From assembly GCF_011745625.1 (NCBI RefSeq), contig NW_027191458.1, forward strand, positions 682,001 to 746,000: DNA of 64,000 bases, read 5' to 3'. This DNA comes from Cladosporium halotolerans. Taxonomy: Eukaryota. Below the pieces are notes generated by a model, which was given only the letters and a program-made list of their open reading frames with translations, did no database searches and was not told the DNA's origin. Positions 36,178 to 46,200 of the stretch are shown here, piece after piece. Numbering within the stretch: the first letter of the stretch is position 1; every line of letters starts with the position of its first letter. The translations under genes were made by a program, and so were the position numbers.

Positions 36178-38373
36178 TTACCTTCGACACCTCAACGCAA
36201 TCTCATGCTCGACCGCGCGCCTCGTCAAATCGACGAACCCCAACTTCGGCCCCGTCCCAAAGCCCGCCACGTTGTTCGTCGCGCACACGCCCTCGGCCCA
36301 GCGCGCGAACTCCGGCGCCAGGTTGCGCAGGAACAGAAAGCAGAGCATCTCCTCCGAGAAAATGGGCTGCGCGGGCGGGAGTTTGGATGAAGGATGCGTG
36401 GAGTTGAGTGTAGAGAAGGGCATGGGGCCGGGAGCGGCGGCGCCTGATGCGTTATTGGTGTTGGAGGAGGACGAGGCGGTCCCGTGCTGCGAGCGCCAGT
36501 GGTGGCTGAGGCGGTTGAACGCCATGTAAGCGTTCTCGAGGCGGACGATGTAGTCCTTGAGGTCCGCGCTGTTGGCGTGCGAGATGTCGTGCAGCTCCAT
36601 GTAGAGCTTGAAGCCGGTGTCGGAGCCCTGGGGCAGGCAGACGTCTTCGAGGACGGACCAGATGTCGGCGGCGTTCTTGATGTGCTGGACGCGGTTGCGG
36701 AAGGTCGGGGCCAGGGTGCCCCACAGTACGCCGGAGAGGGCGGCGTTGCGGCGGTTGAAGATGGCGAGCTTTTTGATGTACTCGTTCCAGTCTTCGACTT
36801 TGCAGTCGATGGGCGGCGGGGTGGGTTCGGTCTTGGTGCCAATGAGGACTTCGAAGGTGTTTTCTTTCATACACGCTTCGGTCATTAGGTCGCGGTAGGT
36901 GGGCCAGTCGCTTGCGGATTGCAGGAGGGGGACGATCTTGTATGACTCGCCGCTGCCGCATGAGCTTGCAGCGAGGATTTCGACTGCAGAGCTTTGAAGG
37001 TCGAGTTTGACGGGCGTCACATGTTGTGTCTGGAATGCTTGGAGGTTTGCGAGGATCTCTTCCGCGCGCTGCGCATTTTGCTGGAACTGCGACACCGTGC
37101 CACGGTTACGGTTGCGTTGCGCTGACTGGGGTCCTTGTTGGTCAAGGCTTAGGGGATCCTCGTCGACCTGCATCATTTCCGTCTCTGTCGCGCCGTCTAC
37201 TCCGGGCACTGAAGGCTGTTCGTCTTCTTGCGGGCGGTCATATTCGCAGTCGATCCCATTTTGAGAACACAAAGAGCATGACGGCCGTGAATTGTCGCAC
37301 TTGGTCTTCTTGGACCTACAATAGTTACATGGACGGCCGCTAGACGAAGCCGTATCGCCTTTGATCAGACAAGTGCCAAACTTCTTGTACTTCAGCTTCA
37401 TGTTGGCCACGTCGGTGCGAGTGAAGAGTCCATGAGGATTGGTCCTTTCCAAGAATTGCAAGACCTGCGCTGTAGGCGTTCCGATCGCAAATAGACCGTC
37501 AACGGCCTGCTCAATTCCTCCAGCGCGAGCCCTACGTCTGTGTCCGACCAAATTCAAAGCCTCCAGAGGACCGTGGTTGTGATGTGTCTTTCTATGGCGG
37601 ACCTGCCACTCACCTTCGGGATTGTTCGGATCGACAGCGACAACAGCCAGACTCATCGGACAGTTCATGCGCTGACTTTTGCGATTATGGCGGATGCGAG
37701 TTTGGTCGGTCAGCTTGCCTGTGTTGGCAGCCTTGCCGTGCTTGCTGCAATGCATATAGCGCTTATACAATACTCCTCGCGCGTTCTTCTTAGAAGCACG
37801 GCGCACGACTTCATAGCCATGCTCTAAGGACCACGAATGAACTGCTTCTTCCAAAGCAGCTTGGTTGGGATATGTTGCTTCTGGTGGAGGCGGGAGGTGA
37901 AATACAGGTTCGTTGCCATCGTGTCCGTCCGGCTGCACGGCATCGCCGTCGTCATCATCCTCTTCGGCATCTCGTCTCACAATGTTGCTCAGGTCGGCAT
38001 ACTGCGACAAGGAAGGTGATTGTGGATCGGGTGGAGGCGCGCCTGGCCCATTCTGACCAGGCGAGGGCGACGCGACAGGCGGCTGGGCATACTGATGGGA
38101 CTGTACGGAAGCATGGAGGGCGGACTGCGGCGATTCTTGCTGAGGTTGCGCAGCAGGTACCGGCGAGTAGTACGGCTGCTGATGCTGGCCAGCGGGAACA
38201 GCAGGGTATGGCAGCGGTTGTTGATACGCGCCAGGCGCAAACGCGTTTGGCGGGAAGTGGCCGTTCACGTTGACGTTGACAGCATCCTGCGGAGCATATT
38301 GCACGTCTGCAGAGAGGTTAGAGAAAGACAACGTCGACAGACGCAGGGACGTTCGCTCACATTGGGGATTCAT
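36178..38373 (-). CDS. Chimeric protein: FAR1/MULE DNA-binding module + Zn2Cys6 cluster + copia Gag-like domain
   Basis: HGYEVVRRASK..CSKHG..SQRMNCP..HNH; CNYCRSKKTKCDNSRPSCSLCSQNGIDC; PLLQSASDWPTY..AADIWSVLE..LKDYIVRLE..FLRNLAPEF; likely in-frame intron 38307-38360. Confidence 0.8.
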   Translation of the reverse strand: MNPQCERTSLRLSTLSFSNLSADVQYAPQDAVNVNVNGHFPPNAFAPGAYQQPLPYPAVPAGQHQQPYYSPVPAAQPQQESPQSALHASVQSHQYAQPPVASPSPGQNGPGAPPPDPQSPSLSQYADLSNIVRRDAEEDDDDGDAVQPDGHDGNEPVFHLPPPPEATYPNQAALEEAVHSWSLEHGYEVVRRASKKNARGVLYKRYMHCSKHGKAANTGKLTDQTRIRHNRKSQRMNCPMSLAVVAVDPNNPEGEWQVRHRKTHHNHGPLEALNLVGHRRRARAGGIEQAVDGLFAIGTPTAQVLQFLERTNPHGLFTRTDVANMKLKYKKFGTCLIKGDTASSSGRPCNYCRSKKTKCDNSRPSCSLCSQNGIDCEYDRPQEDEQPSVPGVDGATETEMMQVDEDPLSLDQQGPQSAQRNRNRGTVSQFQQNAQRAEEILANLQAFQTQHVTPVKLDLQSSAVEILAASSCGSGESYKIVPLLQSASDWPTYRDLMTEACMKENTFEVLIGTKTEPTPPPIDCKVEDWNEYIKKLAIFNRRNAALSGVLWGTLAPTFRNRVQHIKNAADIWSVLEDVCLPQGSDTGFKLYMELHDISHANSADLKDYIVRLENAYMAFNRLSHHWRSQHGTASSSSNTNNASGAAAPGPMPFSTLNSTHPSSKLPPAQPIFSEEMLCFLFLRNLAPEFARWAEGVCATNNVAGFGTGPKLGFVDLTRRAVEHEIALRCRR

Positions 38374-39016
38374 GGCAGGTCGGTGGGGTGGCCGCCGCCG
38401 GTGGGTGCTCGTTACGGGCAGCGATGCTTGTGCTTAGTAGATGGAGGATGCGACGCGGTGTGCTGCCTCGAATGTTTGGAAGACGCGCGACGCCTGCCTT
38501 TTGCGGTGCCGGCTGGAAAGACACCACCCAAGCTAATAATAAGCCGCGTCTTGCCTCTGCCGCAGCACTACAGCATTACAGTATTCACTTCAATTAAGAT
38601 GCGTACGCATTTGAAGAGTAAATCTATGTCTCTCGATGACGCTCTAGGAATCTTGAACTTTATGGCTTGACCTTAAAGCAACGCGGAGTTACGCTCATCA
38701 AAGCGTACTGCCTGCTCACTCTCGCGATTTGCTTACCACACCTCGCGCAAAGCAAAAATCCTGTAACAACGTAAATGCACTGTCCGTGAGTTACCAGCTC
38801 GAGCAACGCGCTTTCTCACTTTATCTCAACGCATCGGTGGTCCATTGTTGCCTTGGAAGACAGCGCCCTGGGTACTCCACATCAAGAATGTCACTCCACG
38901 CTGTGCCTCGGTAGATCGCCTGTGATCCCTCCTGGCCCTCATATCGTAGCATACCAGCGATATCTAGATGCTCATCTCCGTACCTACTTGTCAGACCTCA
39001 TAACAATCTACCAACA

Positions 39017-39530
39017 ATGGCCCAACGAGCACTCAAAGCCACCTGCCTCTGCAAAGGCGTGCAATTCACACTGTCCGGCCAGGACAAGGGCGCGGTGCTG
39101 TGCCACTGCAGCAACTGCAAGAGCTTTACGGGCTCGTCCTTCGCCCACAATTACCGCTTCATGAAAGCCAAGGTCGAGTACCAGAAGGGCGAGGACCTGG
39201 TGAAGTCGTACAAAGACGACAATACGAAGTCGGGCAAGGTGCTGGAGAGATTCTTTTGCGGGCGATGTGTAAGTCTGCCGTGTGGAGTGTTCGAGTCGAT
39301 GTCGATGGCAAAAGTCTTGGAGAGATTCTAGAGCGATGAGGTGCTGACAAGACGGATAATGACAGGGCTCATCGCTCATGAACAAGCCTCAAGCGATCCC
39401 CGGGTTGATCGTAGCCTGCACCGGTGCGATCCAGAGTGGCGAGGACCCATTGCATCCAAAGTTCGAGCTGTTCGAGGAGGACAGACGGCCCTGGTTGGGA
39501 AGTATTGTCAAGGGCGCAGCGAAGTTGTAA
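39017..39530 (+). CDS. GFA/CENP-V (Mss4-like) zinc protein
   Basis: ATCLCKGV, CHCSNCK, RFFCGRC|GSSL; intron 39269-39365; ends GAAKL. Confidence 0.88.
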
Positions 39531-39814
39531 ATAACACATGTATGAGACCACCTTGATGGCCGGAGCAAGGGCCGCGAGCAAAACCCGTCACCTGCCACGC
39601 TTCGTATTGTTCTTCAAGCACAGCCAGCCCTCATTCCACCACCTCCACCAAACAAGCACCCGCGAGCGCCGCGCCCCACCTCCCCGCGCCTCCGCCAGCA
39701 ACTTTCTCCAAACCACCCTGTCTCTCTCAAACATACAAATCACATCCCCACCACCTCTCCAACCTCACGACAACCACCACCCACCAAAAACCCCACCACA
39801 CCACGACATCCAAA

Positions 39815-40762
39815 ATGTCCGACCCCGACACAGAATCCTACTCCACCTCCCCCGCCTGGTCCGACGTGACCCCCCTCCCCACGAACCCCGGCGGCCCCAA
39901 CCCGCTCGCCGCAATCGCCTATGCGCCCGCCTACGAAGAAGCAATGTCCTACCTGCGCGCGCTCATGGCGGCGAACGAACACTCGACGCGCGCCCTCGAG
40001 CTGACCGAAGACGTCATCGAGCAGAACCCCGCGCACTACACCGTGTGGCTGTACCGCGCCAGCGTGCTGTTCGGGATCGACGCCGACCTGCGCGCGGAGC
40101 TGGAGTGGGTGAGCGACGTCGCGCGCGCGCACCAGAAGAACTACCAGATCTGGAACCACCGGATGATGATTGTTGAGAAGCTGGGGAGCCCCGAGGGGGA
40201 GCGGGAGTTTGTGGAGGAGATGTTTGCGCTGGACGGCAAGAACTACCATGTTTGGAGCTACAGGCAGTGGCTCGTGAGGCGGTTTGGGCTGTGGGGGGAG
40301 CGCGAGAGGGGGTTTGTGGAGGGGATGGTGGAGCGGGATGTACGGAACAACAGTGCTTGGAACTATAGGTGGTTTTTGGTGAATGGACGGGAGAGCGAGG
40401 GGGTGCCGGGTGTGAAGGATGAGGGAGTGAAGAGGGAGGAGGTGGAGTATGCGGCGAGCGCGGTTGCGAAGGCGCCGCAGAATCCGAGCCCGTGGAATTA
40501 TTTGAGGGGCGTGGTGAGGGCGAGTGGGGGCGGGTTGGGTGAGTTGAAGGGACTGGCGAGCGAGTATGCGGATTTGACGAGGCCGGGCGGGGTGAGGTCG
40601 AGCCATGCGTTGGATTTGTTGGCGGATATTCTGGCTGATGAGGATAAGAACAAGGCTGGGGAGGCGCTGGATGCGCTTGCGAGCACGTACGACCCGATTC
40701 GCAAGAATTACTGGGAGTACAGGAAAGGGCTGCTGGGGTTACCGGCTGCTTCTGTGGCGTAG
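39815..40762 (+). CDS. RAM2: Farnesyl/geranylgeranyltransferase type I alpha subunit
   Basis: PPTA repeats NPAHYTVWLYR, KNYQIWNHR, KNYHVWSYR, RNNSAWNYR; DPIRKNYW. Confidence 0.95.
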   Translation: MSDPDTESYSTSPAWSDVTPLPTNPGGPNPLAAIAYAPAYEEAMSYLRALMAANEHSTRALELTEDVIEQNPAHYTVWLYRASVLFGIDADLRAELEWVSDVARAHQKNYQIWNHRMMIVEKLGSPEGEREFVEEMFALDGKNYHVWSYRQWLVRRFGLWGERERGFVEGMVERDVRNNSAWNYRWFLVNGRESEGVPGVKDEGVKREEVEYAASAVAKAPQNPSPWNYLRGVVRASGGGLGELKGLASEYADLTRPGGVRSSHALDLLADILADEDKNKAGEALDALASTYDPIRKNYWEYRKGLLGLPAASVA

Positions 40763-40980
40763 GGATGGTAGGATAATGTTTTGTTTTCGGAGCTGAACGG
40801 CAAGACCATGGCATGATAGCTTTGAGCGGTGCATAAGGATCACGAGATACCCTTTGGCATATTATTCATTTCACTTCCCATTTCCCTGATTGAAACGCTA
40901 ACGCTAAACCCAAAACCAGAATAACTCCAATCATCTATGTTCGTTGAAAACGCCCTGACCATCCCAAAACCGATGAGATA

Positions 40981-42290
40981 TCAAACACGAATAGGCATAA
41001 AACTCCCCATACACCCAACATCCATCGGTACGCCACAAGTCGGCATGTCCAGGCCAGTCTTCGCACTGGGCACCTCATTGTTGGCAGCAACAATCCTCTC
41101 ATCAAGGTACCCGTACTCCTGCCTCCAGCCCTCAACCATGGCAGTGGTGACGTTCGAGCCGCCACAAACGATGATGACGACTTTCTCATCCGGCCTGACT
41201 CTGCGGCCGAGCGCCTTGCTCAACCGACCGCCGTAGCACAAAGCAAGATTGACGCCGCAAGCCAGCTCGACGAGCGCCTTCTCGTCGTCCGCGAAGCGCC
41301 AGCAGCCCATCGCGGCTTCGGCGTCGGACAGCACGGCGCTCTTGAGCAGGCCGGCGGCCTCGTAGCGCTGCGAGAGCTCGAAGCAGCGGTCTGCGACTTT
41401 GACGGCGCCGAGAGACGTGGCCTGGGAGGAGATGCCGGGGAGAGCGGTGAGTTCGCCGTTCTTCAAGCTCTCGCTCAGCGAGTCCGCGCCCTCCGTCTCG
41501 ACGGCGAGCACCTGCGTGTCGCGCCACCCGGCCTCGGCCATGCCCTGCAGCATGCCGATGAGCAAGCCGCCGCCGCCGACCGAGCACGCCATGACGTCCG
41601 CCTGCCCGTGGCCCTGCTCGCCCATCTGGCGCGCAACCTCCTCGAAGACAGTCTGGTTGCCGCGCCAGACGTTCTCGTGGTCGAACGGCGGGACGTAGAC
41701 GGCCTCCTCGCCGCGCGCCTGCGCGTCGGGCATCACGACGTCCTGCAGGTGCGCGATGGCCTCCTTGAGGCTCTTGCCCTCTTGGATGACCTGCGTGGCG
41801 CCCGCGGCGCGGATCTTGGCGATCATCATGGGCTTGGTGGACTGGGGGACGACGACGGTGGAGGGGCGGCCGAGGGATTTGGCGGCGAAGACGCAGGCCA
41901 GGCCCGCGTTGCCGCCGGACGAGGCGTAGAAGTGGACGGCGTCTGGGTTGGATGCGCGCGAGAGGGCGACTTGACAGTAGTGGCCGATGCCGCGGCTCTT
42001 GAAGGAGCCCGAGGGCTGCAGCGTCTCGAGCTTGAGGAAGATTCTGCTTCTCCAATTTAGCAATCCGTATCTTGGGGAGACCAGCCCTGCGGAGAGGGAT
42101 GGCTCGGGTGGGGTTTGGGGGATAGGGAAGGTGGGCTTCCGTACCATCCTGCTGCCTCAGAGAGGTTGGCGGACTCGACCAGGGGAGTCTCGCGCCATGG
42201 CTTCTTCTCGGTGGGCTTCATGGCCGGCTGCTTGACAGCGGGCGCTCTGCCGTTGGTGAGAGGAGCGTAGACGGAAGCGTCTGCGGTCAT
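40981..42290 (-). CDS. L-serine/L-threonine dehydratase (Cha1-like)
   Basis: KKPWRETPL..AAGC|RIFLKLETLQPSGSFKSRG, SSGGNAG, SVGGGGL, IVCGGSN; intron 42047-42144. Confidence 0.92.
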
Positions 42291-42309
42291 GTTGAACGAA
42301 CGATATATG

Positions 42310-42423
42310 TTATCACGCGGGGGGATTCTTGCGATAACGTGACGAAGACAAGACGACTGAGCTTGAATTGGAAGGAAAGGAAGAGGCGCCGAGCCAACGA
42401 CCCGGACGGCAGGCCTTCTTATC
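42310..42423. promoter_or_regulatory. Three GATAA cores (AreA-type) upstream of the serine dehydratase
   Basis: TTATC 42310-42314, GATAA 42333-42337, TTATC 42419-42423; fits nitrogen regulation of a catabolic deaminase. Confidence 0.35.
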
Positions 42424-43262
42424 TGCCAACAAGGTATTGCGACCTACATTTTGCCTACTCCGTACGTCGGATCCACTCGGTCCGCGCGACGAGGCGCGCC
42501 CTGAGAGTGACATGCGAGTCCGTTGCGATATCAAGCCGGAAGTCTAGCACGGATCGGGAAGGCTGGTCCATCCAATGCGGGCGGCGAGGACAGAGTTTCG
42601 AGGCATCTGGCGGTGCCGAAGGTGCATTGGACGGTTGCGTGTGACGGCAGCAGGCGGTCTGAGACCATCGCGGTCATCGATATGGGCGGCGATGGGGTAA
42701 GCAAAACGTGCGGTGCTCACGGCATGGGGTAATAGGAAAGCGGCATGGGGTAATGGAAACATTCCTGAGGCGCCGACGAGCGCGCGCTGTGCTCGGCGGA
42801 GGTGGTGAGGAACGCGGGTTAGCAACCGACAGCCGACGCTAGGCGCCGACCAGCATCGCAGGGCGAGGTTATCCCCCACAGACTGCAGTCCAATGCGAGC
42901 AGCGTGATACGACCACCCTGATGCTAAAAATGCCTCGGAGCCGGTGTGGTGGCTGACGTAGTGATGTATGTTTGTCTCAAGACGTACCGCAGCAAATGAT
43001 CTGGTTATCCGGCAAGTCAACTGCCGTGTCGGCAAGTCAACAACCGTGTATCTTCATCTCACGTCACGATTCGCATGTAGAATACACAGAGATTTAGGTT
43101 CAGAAACTGATATGTCCTTTGCTTTGGTATCTCGCCCCATCACCGCCAGTCGACAGCAACAGATCCACAATAATTTCCCCATACACCTAACTACCCTACA
43201 ATCCACAAAACTTACACCCCGACTCCTTCCCGCAACACCACCTTCAACTCCACACAACCCAT

Positions 43263-46200
43263 CTACCTCGCAACCCCAGTCTGCTGCTGCTGTTGCTGCT
43301 GCTGCTGAGGTCTCGGACTTCCCTGCGGCACGACACCCGGGCTTTGCACGCCGCCGCTCTGCATGCCTCCGCTCGGCACTCCGCCCGAGCTGCCGAGCCT
43401 CTGCATCGGTGGCTGCTGGGGCGTCTGGCTCCTGCTCGGAGGCCTCGCCTGGCCTTGCGCCGGGCTGGGCTGAGCCATGTGCATGGACGGGCTGCCGTTC
43501 GCGCTCGCGGTGGCATTAGCCATGTGCGGGCTCGCGGCGGCGACGTGCGGGCTGGACTGGGAGACGCGCGGGCTGCCGGCGTTGCTGAGCTGGGCGTGCA
43601 TTGCGTTCGGGGACTGGTTCTGGTTCTGGACTTGGCCCTGAGCTTGCGTTGGACTCTGTTGTGGCTGTGGAGGGTGGCGCATCTGCTGTAATTGTCGTTG
43701 GCGCATCAGCTGGGCGTAGTTCTGCTGCGAGTTTGCCTGACTGCCTGTGGAGTTCATGTTTGCGTTCTGCTGTTGCGGAACCTGCTGCGGCTGCTGTTGC
43801 TGCTGTTGCTGGGCAGCGTATTGCTGGGGCTGCTGCACGTGGTTCTGGGTCCCTTGCTCAGCATTGCCAGATTGTCCATTCCCGTTGGAAATATTTCCGT
43901 TGTTCTGGTAGGCTGCCTGGTTGTGGTTGTACGTGGGAGTGTTGTTGTTCCCACCCTGTTGCTGTGGAGTGCTGATTCCCGCGGCGGCGTTCATCGCGTT
44001 CTGCCGCATCTGACCAGACGATTGTGACTGGTGCTTCAGCTGCTCAGTAGCGAAGTTCGTCAACTCAGCCTCATTCATCTGAGGGTACCTAGCCCTCAGC
44101 TGATTCTTAATCTGAATGACGGCTGGCACGTGCCCCGAAGAAAGCTGCTGTGGGTTGCCTGCGGGTGTTGGCGGCGGTCCCATGCTAGGCGAAGCAGACA
44201 TTTGCTGATTGTTATTTCCTTGTGCAACTTGGCCGTGAGGCGTACCGTTAGGCGTTTGATGGTGGGCGTGCTGCTGCTGCTGAGGCTGCTGCTGAGGCTG
44301 TCCCTGCTGCTGTTGCGGTGTTTGCTGGCCTTGCCCGGGCTGCTGTTGATGCTGGGCCTGGAACGCAGCAAGAAGCGCCTGGTTGCTTGCAAGCTGCTGA
44401 GAAGTCGTGACGCCGTTGACACCCGGACTAGCCATGTTTCCGTTAGGCATCTGGTATTGCTGGCTGGGATACTGCGCTGGCCTGTTTTGGTTGTTGGCGT
44501 GCGCCATGCGCTGCATGTCAGGTGTTTGTCCCGGTGCCTGGTTTTGACGCATGTGTGCCTGAGGAACACCTTGCGCGTTCATGTGCGGGACAGCAAGATG
44601 ACCATTGCGGACCGCCATTGGCACTTGCTGCCGCTGCTGGTTAGGCATCTGCCCGTTTGTCTGGGGCTGTTGCTGGCCAGCAGGCTGAACACCCTGGGCT
44701 TGTTGCGCAGTCTGCGGCCTTTGCTGGTTAGGCATACCATTCGGCATGCCTTGCGATGCGCGCATCATCTGAGCACCACGCTGCCGTTGAGCTTCAAGCA
44801 TCTTCGCCTGACGCTGACGGTTGACCTCGATCATCGCAAGATCCCGCTCGTAACGTGTCTTGCTAAACTCTTGAGGCGTCGGCATCGGACCACGCTGTTG
44901 TGGTGCTTCATTCTGTTGCGAGGATTTCCGCTGGGCTGCGGCGCGTTGCGACTCAGCTTGTTTGAATGCTGCAGCCTCCCGCTTGCGAGCCAGCTTGCGC
45001 ATAGCATCAACGACCCACAAGTAACGAGTCGTTTTCCGCTTCTCAACCCTGGTCGGTTGAGTGCGACGGCGTACGGGCATGTGTGGTTGTTGTTGGCCAC
45101 TGGGGTTGTTCGCCTGCGCCTGCTGCACTGCAGCAACTTGCGATTGATAGCGACGCTCCACGGCTTGCTGACTGAGTTCGAGTCGCTGATACCAGGTCTT
45201 GAAATACACCGTCTTGCGCATTTCAGCCGGCAATTGCTCGAGGTCGACCCAGCGCTCGAAACACTCCCAGGGGGTGCGCCGCTCCATGCCGCTCTTGAAG
45301 GCTGAAGGCAAGTTCATCTCGTCTGCAATGAGTGACCAATTGAAAGAATAGTCCTTAGCCAGCTTGCGCAGCTTCTGGTCATCTTCCCAAACCCATTGAG
45401 ATCCATTCCTGAACTCATAAAATGGTGTGCTCGGCATTTGGAATTCGGAGGGAGGCCTGAAGGCATTGTTTGCGTGTAGTCGGTCGCGGATTGGCTTGTT
45501 CTCCGGGTGGAAAAGAGCAATTTCCTGATCTTCAGCTGGCATAGCAATCTCGTCGCGCAGACGCTTACTGCTTGGCTGATCGCGGAGCTCATCTTCGTCT
45601 TCGTAGTCGAAACGGCTGCGTTTGCGGAACGGGTGTTGCTGTTTAGGAAGTACCTTGCCTTCAGTAAATTTTGAGACCTTAGTGATGGGTGCCGCAATTT
45701 CGGGATCGACCGGCTTCCACTCTGGTACTTCGTGCAGCGCCTTCTTGAGTGAGCCTGCTTTCTCGAGTTCTTTGACGTGCTCCAGGAGTTCGGAATCGAC
45801 TACTAGCCTGGAGGGAAAGTGTTCAACGTCCTTGGGCGTGGCGGGCATCCCTTCGTCTTCGTTCGCTGATTCGCCCGACGACTCGAGATCCGGAACTAGT
45901 TCGTCCTGCTTGGACATTTTGCGAGGAGACGTCGGCTTGACCTTGATCTGCATGTGCTTGCGCTCCTCGGCACTCGCTGCTACCCAGTCGGCGCAGCGCT
46001 GAGCCAGCCACGCACAAACACTTTTCTTCATCTTGCGCTCGGCTCTGAAATCCTTGCACATCCATTTCATCTCAGCCATTACGTTGTCGTGATGCGTCAT
46101 CGGCTGCGGAGGCTCCCGGCATTTCTCCATTTGTCGGAAAGACCACTTGTTGGCATTTTGCAACTGATAGATACGTCTGAGCATCCGGTAATCCATACGT

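Noticed and set aside
43270..44350. CAG/CAA-rich tracts in EAF1
   Set aside because: Ordinary interrupted poly-Gln tail of Eaf1
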